The position numbers were made by a program, and so were the translations under genes. From Camelus dromedarius (lineage: Eukaryota), in assembly GCF_036321535.1 (NCBI RefSeq), contig NC_087437.1, positions 86,926,001 through 86,990,000 on the forward strand: 64,000 bases of DNA, in the 5' to 3' direction. Of the stretch, positions 13,338 to 24,893 are shown one piece after another (within the stretch, counting starts at the first letter, position 1; every line of letters starts with the position of its first letter). The notes below the pieces were generated by a model. The model saw nothing but the letters and a program-made list of their open reading frames with translations, was not told the DNA's origin and did no database searches.

Positions 13338-13823
13338 AACAACTGATCAATATCTTTTTATCAATATATAATTAATCAATATAGATTGATAAGAAATCTC
13401 TGAAAGTTCATGAAAAGATGCTTGGAGTGGGGCAAGAATGGAAGCAGGGGACACATTAGGAGGCTACTGCAGTGGTCGAGGTCAGAGGGGAAAATGTAGA
13501 AGAGAATGTTTGCAGTGAAAAGGGAGAGAGATGCATCATGCTGATCCAAAGATCACCTGGGTCAAAGTCTGGAGGGCAAGAAAGAAGTGCCAAGACGAGC
13601 TCTAAGCCTGACTGGGCAGATGAATTGGTGCCGACCTTCAACTGAATTAGGAAGGCACCAGAAGGATGAGGCTACCAGGAGATCATAAAAAGATAAAATT
13701 ACAGAATATTACAGTTCAGATGTCTTTGAGACTCTTATTTGATAAGTTTGGCTCTCAAGGGTGGTAGAAAAATGAGGAAGTAGTTGGCAGAGATGTGGGG
13801 CCCACAGAGGTGATGTTGACAAC

Positions 13824-13998
13824 CAGCATCTTCTAAATTCCTCTGATGATAAGTCACCTGGAGGTTTTAATCAAATGTCCAGATTCCATTCCCCTTTCCT
13901 ACAGATTCTGTATCAGTAGCTTGGGATAGACCTGGATATTTGTGCATTTAGTAAGTTCCCCTGATGATTCTCATGCTAGGGAAATTTGAGAAACAATG
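13824..13998. mobile_element. hAT-Charlie MER5B-like element
   Basis: tcacctggaggtttt...agattctgtatcagtagcttgggatagacctgg...gttcccctgatgattctcatgc...aatttgagaaacaatg. Confidence 0.75.
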
Positions 13999-14247
13999 TA
14001 ATTATTTTTATGGTAACGATCTTGCAGAAATAAAGAGCCTGCATATGCAGGAGAGAGAGAGAGAGAGGGACTGAGGATTTGGCTCTGACAGTAATTGGAT
14101 GTACACTTCCTCTCCTGGAATTGCAGAAATGAGGGGAGAGAGAAATAGAGAAAGGGAGAGAGGAAGCATTTGCCTCTGACGTTGGATGAACACTTCCTCT
14201 CCTTCTCTCTTCTAATTAGAGGCAAGAAGGAGCTCACAGAGAAAGAA

Positions 14248-14366
14248 ATGTGACAATGAATATATGTGTGTTCGTGTATAGCTGAAAAATTGTGCTGTAC
14301 ACTGGAATTTGACACAACATTGTAAAATGATTATAAATCAATAAAAAATGTTAAAAAAAAAAAAAA
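14248..14366 (+). mobile_element. Young, heavily 5'-truncated L1 3' end with poly(A) tail (camelid-type by recall)
   Basis: tgtgacaatgaatatatgtgtgttcgtgtatagctgaaaaattgtgctgtacactggaatttgacacaacattgtaaaatgattataaatcAATAAAaaatgtt(A)14; possible short TSD aaagaa at 14242-14247 and 14364-14369. Confidence 0.8.
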
Positions 14367-16126
14367 GAAGGACTTTCCACACTTGTAATTAGAGGAAAGA
14401 ACAAAAAGGCGGGTGGGTGCAGGCACCAGTATGTTTTTGTTTTCCTGCTGGAATTTCCCATCTGATAACTTGTATTGTCTCAATAAAACGTGTGGCAAGG
14501 GCATCACTGGAAAATTAAAGGGGAAAGGGAATGAGTTTAATCACCTATGAAAAAGAATAAAACAATCATTGGCAAAAATGGGAAAAAATTTTTTGAAAGG
14601 AAAGTAAGATCTCTTGACATTGTTGCATGGCAACTTGAGATTGTTGTTAATAAATTTATAATGGCAAAATCTTCCCAGTTTTATACTTTAATGGTAATAA
14701 GTAAACATATAAACACAATTTCTAAAACTTTTACATTTAGTGAATTAAGGTGGATGGCAAGTCTTAGAAAAATACTTCCTTAAAATTACATGTTTTGTGA
14801 CAAAATACATGGAATCTATTAGAGTATTAAATAATATATATTTGGAGAAAAAATATTCAATGCACTTCAATAAGAATGGAATGGTGAATTAAAGAAAACT
14901 TGGATATGAGGATATGTCCTCACAAACTATGACCTGATACTAAGACTGTTTACCCACATAAAATTGGATTTAAACATCTCTTGATTATATTACATGAGTT
15001 AGTCTTTATATTGATAATAACATCCAATGGAAATGGTTTGAATGCTTTTTTATGATATGGAAAGAATTGAAAAGATGTTCTTTTTTGCTTTGATTGCTAT
15101 TGAGTAAAGATCAAAAGAAATGGCTTCAGGGTGCAAAATGAGGACCATACGGCCCAGGGGAGGACAGGTTTGTTATTCTGTCAGTTGTTAAACTGTCAGG
15201 TGGATTTCTAAAAGAGTCTGTACAGTCTCTCTCTGCAACTTAGAACAGAGATTCATCCTTACAGGGTATGGTATCAGTAGTTTTACCTACTGAATGAATA
15301 TTCAGTTCAATTTTAGTGACCCTCCCTAAACGTCATCTCTAACAAATAACCTGTGATTCTTATATACTGATATTAAGACATTGATTCAAATTTTCTTTAT
15401 TCTTCTTATTCAAATATAATATTAAAACTGGATCATGTATGCTCAATATAATTGCTCCTAATAAAGTAAAAAATTAAATACTCTATCGTAAAGTGCCTTA
15501 GCAAATGCTCTATCAATTTGAAAGTCACAAATCTTGGTAACTGTCAGTAAAAACAACAGATGTGCATAAAAGAAACAAGAAAATAAATTTTTTTTCCAAT
15601 AGGGCTTGATATTATATCTCTCACACATGAGTCATAGTAAATCATCATCATATAGTATGTATGCATGTCAGTTAATACTGTGAATTTTTGCAAACACTAG
15701 ATGTAGTTCCTTTACTAAAACTTTGTAATTTTCCTTTAAAAACACACATCATCAAACTGTAAAAGAACCACTTTTCTCTTATGTGTACAATGAGAATATA
15801 ATTGACATTTCTCAAAGCGACTAAGACAACTCAGTGATTCTTAAGTGGGAGGATTATGCATAAAGTCTAACAGACATCATACATTCAGGGTTGCATTATA
15901 GCTATGATGTTTTGACATTGTGTTGCTGTCCAAAAACACTGACATTATTTTACCCTTTGTTTTATCCTCCACAGTATCTAACAAAGTAATTGGCACATGT
16001 TATGGGTTAAGAAAATATCTGTATAATCAAGTAGGGGAAATTGGAGACATTGTTATGATTTATGGAACTTTATTGTAAATGAGGAATAAATTAAGACTTT
16101 GCTAGAATTCCCCACCTCTAGACTTC

Positions 16127-16157
<31 letters not shown>

Positions 16158-16464
16158 GGCATAAAGTGAAAAGAAGCTATGTGTCCAGGGTTTCTAGTTT
16201 CTAAAGACTTAAGTCTGAATGTATACACACTTCTGGTCAAGATGGAAGTTTAAAAAAAAACTCAGAATTTTATCATTATCACTAAATAGCATGAGATTTC
16301 CTCCTGAAAGATTCAAAAGGAAAAAGAAAACATGCCTCTCTAGTCCTGAGCAATAAAAGTATCACGTATGCAGTGGGGGGAGAGGCAGGAAAAAATTAAC
16401 ACTTTGGAGATAGAAAATACATTCATTTCAGAGTGAGTGCAGGATACAAAATCAAATGTGTCAC

Positions 16465-16658
16465 CTTGCTGCTGCACTGGTGATGATCTTCAGACTGCCT
16501 GGGTTCCGGATAAGCTTGTCCAGAATGCTGACAATCTGCTCAAACTTGGGTCTGTTGTTTCTGTCTTTCTGCCAGCAGTCCAGCATCAGCTGATACAGCG
16601 CAGCTGGGCAGTCCATGGGGGGCGGCAGTCGATAGCCTTCATCCACAGCTTTAATTAC
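16465..16658 (-). CDS. EPHA3: EPHA3 exon 15 (194 nt): kinase C-lobe end, [64 protein letters not shown](R)
   Basis: Acceptor cttttcacacag|GTAATT, donor GCAAG|gtgaca; contained in ORF 16461..16730; phase 0-2. Confidence 0.97.
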
Positions 16659-17143
16659 CTGTGTGAAAAGCCAAGTTTCCAGAGACTGAAGAGGTGGAAT
16701 TTCTTTTACTTCTTCATGGGCAGGGCACACTTATACGAATATTTCAAAGTTAAATGGAAAAGTTTTCATTTTAAATTTCTTAAGAGGGTAACTACTTACT
16801 AAATAAATATTATCCATGCCCCAAAATGTTATATAAAGGAATGCTGAGACAGAGAAAGTGGATTTAGGAAAGAAAAGTTTGTAAAGAGACTTCTCAGATT
16901 AAAATCAAAGGAAATGTTCTATGATACAGGAAATTCAGTAAATTATAAAGAAAATTATTATTTGGTAATACAGAATACTATGGAAACTATATGTGAATGA
17001 ATGTAGGAAGAATCAACATAGATTTTAGTTCTATCACAGTTTAAATGGTGTCGTCCAAATTGTAGTAAGCTCCTTTGGGAAAAGCCCATGTGCTGCTCAA
17101 TTAAGTCCCCATTAGTTCATTAGCATTTTTAAATCAGGTAAAG

Positions 17144-17315
17144 CCATGATTTTCAAACTTAACTGTGTATCAGAATTATCTGGAGTACTTACTAATACAC
17201 AGAGGACTAACCTCTGATTCCAAAACTCTGGGGAAGGCCTGAGAATTTGCATTCCTATAAATTCCCAGGCCATGCTAAAGCTGCTGGTCTAGAGATCACA
17301 TTTTGAGATCCTCTG
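17144..17315. mobile_element. hAT-Charlie MER5A
   Basis: tttcaaactt...tatcagaattatctggag...ggcctgagaatttgcattcctataaattcccagg...gctgctggtctagagatcacattttgag. Confidence 0.8.
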
Positions 17316-18158
17316 ATACAGAAAGCGTTTAGAAAATAGAGGTGTGGAAAGTGAGTCTGGTTTTCCCAGTACCATGATAAAACACGGCTTGTTTGAAGAA
17401 GTTCAAAAAGGGTTTTATATCCAAATACATTAAAAGCGACTTTATATGTGGTGAGTAGGAAATGACTCAGAGCATCTCAGCTTTCCTTCGTATGTATCTT
17501 TGAGATCATGCTCATAGTTTCTGGCTAAGCATAAAGAAAAATCTCTGAGTGCTGATTCCCTATGCCAATAGCATCCTTTCACTGAGCATTAGCTAAACAC
17601 AACTTATGAAAACAAAGATCCTTTTGAAAAATCATATCACAGTTAAAAGAGAAAGTTAAAGATTATTTTCTCCATCCAAAGACTTCAATTTGTATAACTA
17701 AGTTCACGTGCAAGTTTAATACATTATGAGAAACAACATGCTAGAGATTGTTTTGTCTGACTTTGGGAAATACTATATTTAAGTAAACAAAATGTTGGCA
17801 GAGATGAATTAATTAACTCTAAAAGGATGGCAGACACGTGTAACTTACTAAAGTTACACTGAAACAATTTTGTAGCAGAAATACTTTGAACATTCCCTGG
17901 TATCTATTATTATGTTGTTATGCACTTATTTCATTACATTTTATTACAGATGTCTTCATTTTGTCTCATTTCTAAATCCTTGCTTGAGGGAAAACTGTAA
18001 AGCCTTCAGAGCAACTCAATTAATATCTTTGCAAGATTTGGAAACAATTTCATTTCTTCTAAGTATTCTGTTTCAATGTCACAAACTGGGAGCCACCTGG
18101 TTTCATTATGCTCCACTTCCCTGCACAGCTTGATCTCTTAATCTGAACCCATAACTCA

Positions 18159-18365
<207 letters not shown>

Positions 18366-19247
18366 CTAAAACCTATACTATACATTATATCTGAAATTAG
18401 ACTGAATTTTTCAAGGTATTTCTCTTCTGAAATGGGATGTGGGTTTCTTCTGATATATCTTTATATTCTCCTATTTTAATACCAAGCAGGAGTGAGTGGT
18501 ATACTATTTACTGCAATACTTACTTCCAATCAATTTGGGAAGATTTTGAAATGACGAAAGGAAAAAAAAATTGAACACTCCTTAAATGCTGACATTTTAT
18601 ACCAATTACGGCACATTTATTGGTCATCTGCAACAAAACAACCTGAAGTAGACATGCTGTGTTATACATTAGAATTGAACGAGGTATCTCAAATCAATGT
18701 CTGCTGATTTAAAATAGATTTATGCACAATCTTTAGTGCAGAATGTGAACAAGGTAATATTTGTAAAGAATTTACACCACTCCTTGATACATAAGTTCTT
18801 ATAGGTATTTATTAATTGAATAAATTCAAAATAAAATTATACTTCTTAAAAAACTCTTCAATACATTCATCAGTCATCTTAATTAATTTACTCAGTGCCT
18901 CACTCCATCATTAACCAGTGAAGTACCTTCCATGTACTAGGTAGGCACCATTTGAGCTAGGAAGATATAATAACTACATTCTGAGAACTTAGTCTAAAGG
19001 ACAATATTGCTTCTATGAGTTATGGCAGATATAAAGGTATAACTCCCATGGAATTTGCTCTTCAGTTTAATAAATACATTTAATAAAGATGTGCTGAGTA
19101 GCAACCATATGGGAAGTATTACACTAGTCATTCTGGGTGAGACAAATATAAATAGCATACTGGCCCTTCTGTTTGGGAAATATCAGGCAAACAGGAATGC
19201 TAATTAGTTGTTGTGAAAAATAATGCAGAAAGAAATAAGTATCTAGC

Positions 19248-19414
19248 GCTTTGGTTCTCAAACTTTACAATGCATACGAATCACCTGGGGTTCACTCTCA
19301 TGAAAACGGAAATTCTGATTCAGTAGCTCCAGAGTGTGGCCAGGGTCTGCATTGCTGAGAAACTTCAGGTGATGTTAATCATGCAGTTTACCGACCTTCT
19401 GCTGAATGGGAAGG
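19248..19414. mobile_element. hAT-Charlie MER5A/MER5A1
   Basis: tggttctcaaacttt...tgcatacgaatcacctggg...aattctgattcagtagctcc...tctgcatt...caggtgatgttaat. Confidence 0.8.
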
Positions 19415-19644
19415 CAGTAGTGGAGACTCTGATCTAGAGCACAGAGCTGAGATTCTCACTCGCATCCGAATTGAGCCTTGTAAGATGTGTCAATTTTTGA
19501 TACAATAAGAAAAAAGGGATGGATGTCCCAATCTTACGCCATATTCACCAACGTATTCCATTGACATGGTACCTCACAGCACTACACTGGTTCTTAAATA
19601 ATGCTGAAAGGTGTCAATATATTGCTTTAGAGAAATGGATTGGC

Positions 19645-19815
19645 AATTTGGCAGGTAAGTTATTAAACCTCATTAAGCCTGAATTTCCTCATCTGTTATT
19701 TGGGAAAGTAATAGTGCTGGTGCATAGCACGGTTGTGAGGCTAAATGACAAATTTCAGTAAAATCTCTAGCATAGTTTCAGTCATATAGGAAAGTCTCAA
19801 GAAACATTAGCTTGA
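19645..19815 (+). mobile_element. MIR SINE
   Basis: MIR core: ggtaagttattaaacctcattaagcctgaatttcctcatctgt...catagcacggttgtgaggctaaatga. Confidence 0.8.
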
Positions 19816-21165
19816 TACTCCCAAACTCTGAGGGAAATGGCATAAATCAAAGCACAGAGGAGGGAAATGTATGTTCTGGAGGAACGGTTTCTAGGTGTGA
19901 TAATACTACAGAGAATGCGGAGGCATATAATAAGAAGCGGGGGGAAGGTCGAATTGGGATTTAATTACAAGTATACTGAGCAAGTATTATCCTGAAGAGG
20001 AGAGTGGCATGTGGGATTGGAGCTAGCTCAGCAAACGCAACACTTCCCTTCAATGATTTCATACAAGTGAGCTGTCCAGAATGAGTGCTGTCAGAAGGTC
20101 TCTGAAGGAGGTCGGGCTTACACTGGGTTTTGAAGAATGCATGAAACTGTAGAAAAGTGAGTCAGAGAGGAGGAATAAGCACAGCCTTCTTGAGAAGCCA
20201 CCAGCCTAAGGGTACTGCGATTTATACTGGTGATGGGAAATCAAGTCGGAGGGGATGGGAGCCAGACTAAAAGAGCTTTGGGAGTTAGTGAGAAACACTA
20301 CAGTGCTCAATGTGCACCCGAGTAAAGATGGCCTAGAGCCAGAAAAACAGGACAGAAAATACTTATCTGTCACAGAGATGAGAGGGCATATAGTTTTAGA
20401 AGTTGCCCCTTTCTTTTCTCTCTCACTTACACTCACTCATCTTTATAGTTTGCATTTTTTCAACAAAAATTTACAAGATCCTTTCTCATGTTTAAATTTG
20501 GAGGCTTTTTTCCCCCAGCCTAATGTTGCCCATTCTCTGCTAATACATTCAATCTTAAAAATAATAACATTTTTTTAAAGAATCAAGTTAATTTATTTGT
20601 ACCTGTCTAGTCCAAGTTTGGGTTTTAAGGAGTCAAGATTTCAAATATTATCCCTTAATTTTGACAGAAATAGAATTATACGTTTGGCATTTAACAAAAT
20701 CTACTCAAGATACCAAATGGAATCACTGGGCATATATTCTCTCCTTTTTTTTTTTGGAGAACTCTGAGAATTAACAGCAGTCAAACAAATTGTATTCATG
20801 GGGCAAAGAAAAGATAACATTTTCAAATCTCAGCTGAATGTCTTCTCTCTGCTACAGACACTTTACCCAGAAACAAATTACAAAAAGCATAAAAATAGCC
20901 GAAGGAAAGAAGAAAAGTCCTTTCCATGTTGAAAACTTTGTATATATTTAGGAAATATAAGGCACAGATGCATGTCACCTTATTAAGATCTCTGGTTGAA
21001 GTAAGTATATAGGCATTAGGGAGAAAGAAACCCAATAGATTGGTGACAACCACGAACAAGAAGCCCAATTATTGTATTTTACTTCAACCAGGATTAAAAT
21101 GATACCTGCCAAAGCTGTTTCATCTTTAGTGCTTCATCCCTGATTTCCAGAGAGGAGGCTATTGA

Positions 21166-21168
<3 letters not shown>

Positions 21169-21199
<31 letters not shown>

Positions 21200-21283
21200 A
21201 GCAAAAAGATTTTTAAAGATTTATTTAAAAATGAAAAGTACATCTCCAAGAATGGGAGGCAGGCTGATTCAAGGGGGGAAAGC
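21169..21283 (-). mobile_element. Short polyadenylated retroposed insertion (ERV1-LTR-like body plus A29 tail)
   Basis: T29 at 21169-21197; AATAAA on the minus strand at 21220-21225; imperfect flanking repeats ctattgagcct and ctgttgagact. Confidence 0.6.
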
Positions 21284-21727
21284 CTGTTGAGACTATTTTA
21301 ATAAAATTTTTTTTTGTTTTCCTTTAATTTTTTAAGGAAAGACAAAGCCACACGTACGTTTCAGCTTGGAAGGGGAGTCTTTTCATCAGGGGTTCTGGAT
21401 ACAGACATGAATGCCACTGGAGGGACTGCTGCCACACCCGTCTCTTCAGTGGGAGCTTCGCTCTTACAGTCCCTGACTGAGACTTGTGCAGTGTGTTTTC
21501 TAACGCAGCACATGGTTACAGATTCAAGCAAATTATTTCCAGACCAATTTTCCAATCAAACGCTGTCTATTTGCTTTCACTGTGCAAATCTTGTTGAAAC
21601 ATTGTTTAATACCCACACACAAAAGAAGAAACACGTTTGGGAAAATGTATGGTAAATTATTTTAATCAAAACACATACATATTGAATTCTCCTCCCTTGC
21701 TAATACGTTTTGTAACTGCTGCAGCCT

Positions 21728-21734
<7 letters not shown>

Positions 21735-21766
<32 letters not shown>
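21735..21766. repeat. (CA)n microsatellite, about 16 units
   Basis: Read directly. Confidence 0.95.
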
Positions 21767-21768
<2 letters not shown>

Positions 21769-24698
21769 TGTAATAGCAGCTTCAAAGTTTTCAGTGTAAC
21801 AATTTTGAAACTCATTGGCTGATCTAATAATTCTTACATTATCTTTAACTTTGGACTAATTCTTAACAGAATATTCTGGCTTTGGCACAGTAGTCAGCTG
21901 GGAAATGACAGAGAGCTTTCATTACAATATTTGTTAGCTTGAGAAGTGCAGGTCATGGCCTTATTCACTAGTTTGTCATCAAGGATTTTACTCTAAGCTT
22001 TGCTCTGGCTCCTAACTGCATCAAAGCTTGAGTTGTTGCTTTGCTTATAGGAAAGCATAAGGAAAGGGGAAATTTTGATTATTTTCCATTTGATTCCAAA
22101 CTTGTTATTCTGAACACATGAAAGGTAAATAAGTGGTATTCAATCAGCTCAACAATTAAATCAGTTTGCAAATTAAATGTTTCATGAACTTTCCTAGAAC
22201 TTTTCACTGATCAACTTTTTAGTGTACTAGTCATTTTCTTAGTTGCTGGGCTCTGTTCTAGGTCACTGTTCAGTAAGTTCATATACTCAAAAGTAAATAT
22301 ATTTATTTTAATTACAAATAGGAAACTCTTAATTCATATTTTCCCATATGATATCCATGCAACTCATTCTAAATGAACAACTGGGGCTAATTTGAACTCT
22401 TTATTTAGAAGAAAGTGTCAATGAGTAAGTGTTGTTTGCTTTTGCTCGATATTTCGTTCAAATCCCTAGATAATTAGCTTTTAACCCTAGAATTTTAACC
22501 CTGGAACATTTAGCTTTCTCATCAGATGACTTTCATTATCTGCTTCCAGGTAGTGTTTTAGACTGATTGGCTTTGCTCTGAGAATGAAGTGATAATCATA
22601 CATTCCAGACTCTCATCCTGCCCTTAGCCTGCCATCTTATAAATGACACCATCCATCACAGGAGAAGGAAGAGAATAAAGGTGATTGAGGATTATTCATT
22701 ATTATTTAGGGAATTTTTTGTCATTGGCAATAGATTTATAATATACTTAAGGCAACTAATAAAGTGTCTAATCTTTGATAGAGTACTTAATAAATGTGTT
22801 GCCCTTTCTTTCATTCCAATTCCCTTCAAATGGAGAGCATATTTTTTAGCGCACTTGTATTATTTGCATAAAGAATTTATTAAATGAAGATGTAAGGGAT
22901 AGCATTTGTTGCTATTATTGCTAAAATTGTATCAGAGTAAGAAGCATTATATAAAACATTTTCCATGATTGGCAAACAACAAGGAGTCACTCTGGCTTTA
23001 AGTGAGAAAAAAATATTCATAGTACATACTTCATTTGAAATCAAACTGCAGGAGAGATTCCTTCTGAGCTCATAATATTATTATAGAGACTGAGGAAGGG
23101 TGAGGGTACCTGTTATCACAAAATCTTTAAATTCAATAGCTCTTGTCCTATACATTGCCATAAATAAAATTAGTGTGCCCAAACTATAATTTGAAATCAT
23201 AAGCCTATGAAAAGCTGAATAGATTACAAGGTGAAGATAATGAGAAGAAGCCACACGGGCCTGTGTTCACTGCTGAGAGCAACTGTGTTGTTTAGATACT
23301 ATATTGCAACTGTGCAGAGGAGGAACTCAGTGAATGTTCATTGACTTGCACTGAATTCCCTTTTCCCTAAATACATGCTATTCGTTTTTCGTGGGAGGCT
23401 TTTTCCCTACCTGCTTTTTGTAACTAGCACACTTCTTGGTTGAACATCCTGGTCAATTGTGAACTCATTGGTAGAACACGTGAGGCTCTTCTAGGCCACT
23501 TCGGTCACTCCATTTTCTGTGATCCTTCAACTGCTTAATTATCCTGACTAGTCTGGGATGTCCAAAGAAGTAACTGCTTTTCCCCCTTCCTTTCTGCATC
23601 CCCACAGTTTAAAACAGGAGTCTGACTTTTTAGCTCTCCTATTTACAATACCTTGTTTCTTGGAGGAGTGTGTAGTTTTTCTTGAGAGAGAATAAGATTA
23701 ATTATTTTATAAACTTAGAGTAGTAGATTTTACTGAAGATCTATGATAATTTTGAGAATTAAAAAAACATACAGTTCATTTTTAGAAAATAATACATTAA
23801 ATCTAATTTTTAGAATATATGTAAATACCAAATAAGAATGAGCTAATATCTAGCATAATAGTTTTTTAAAAATCATATAATTTTCTAATATACTCTTCTT
23901 TCCCCTCATGCTATGACTTAATAATTCTATTAGTCTCATAATGATAGTAAGTATAAGAATCACTGATTATCAATTTTTGATAGTATCTATAAAATTATTA
24001 AAATATCTCATAGGATGGGATCATTGTTGGATTAAGCATTTCAGATTTTGCAGAATGCTATAAAGATTTTCATCTGACTCCATAAATAATATGCATTCTA
24101 TATCAGTTGTCTCAATATGACTGTTGTAGATATTTTACCAATCTAAAAATGCCAGCAATAATTTAATAAATATTTTTAGTCTATACACATGAATGTTACT
24201 CCATTCCTTTGTAAGATGAAGATAAGTAAAATTTTAAAACATAAAAAATATCTATGCATAAGTAAGACTCAAATGCTGGCTGAAAATAAGTAACATTTAT
24301 CTGCTAGGTGAATATATCTATTCATGAGTTTACACCAATGACATTTTAATAAATGAAATCAAAACATCAAAAATAAAGTAAGCATGCTTAAAATTTAGAG
24401 CTTTGAGCAGAAAATAATTATAAATTTCAAGTGTTAGATCAAAAGCAAATGAGAATGAAATTTAACAAGAATAAAAAGTATAGTATTTGTTATGGTAAGT
24501 TTGATACCCCAAAGTTCAACATTCTAGGAGATTTGAAGGCAGATGGCTAGTTTGTTGCATAATTTTCCACAAATGGCAATATATTCCACATTATTCCATG
24601 CAACTTGCAGTCCAGTGTGGACTGGAGAATTATAAAGTACCTGAGAGAGAGATCTGATCCCTACTTTCATTTTTTATACACGTTGGGTAACTTTAGAA

Positions 24699-24893
24699 CA
24701 CGGTCTCTCTACAGTAGGCATTTTAGACCAGATTAATTCTTTGCCATAGAGGCTATCCTGTGTATTGTAGTAAATTTAATAGCATCCCTGGTCTCTACTC
24801 ATTAGCACCTTTCCAATTGTGATGGCCAAAATGTCTCAAGACAATATCAAATACCCACCGGGGAGCAGAATCACCCCTACTGGGTAACTATTG
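24699..24893. mobile_element. hAT-Charlie MER20-like element
   Basis: cattttagaccagattaattctttg...ctatcctgtgtattgtag...agcatccctggtctctactcattag...aaatgtctcaagacaat...gggagcagaatcacccct. Confidence 0.8.

Larger units (their letters stand above)
13400..14560 (-). mobile_element. L2 LINE fragments (antisense), interrupted by MER5B and a young L1 tail
   Basis: Purine-rich L2-antisense motifs (ttaggaggctactgcagtggtcgaggtcagagg; aaatgaggaagtagttggcagagatgtggggc). Confidence 0.5.

Noticed and set aside
21354..21400. Possible 37-nt minus-strand poison exon (tatccag|AACCCCTGA...AAAC|gtacgt) and ORF 21361..21555
   Set aside because: Weak pyrimidine tract and no supporting features; such pseudo-exons are common in long introns.
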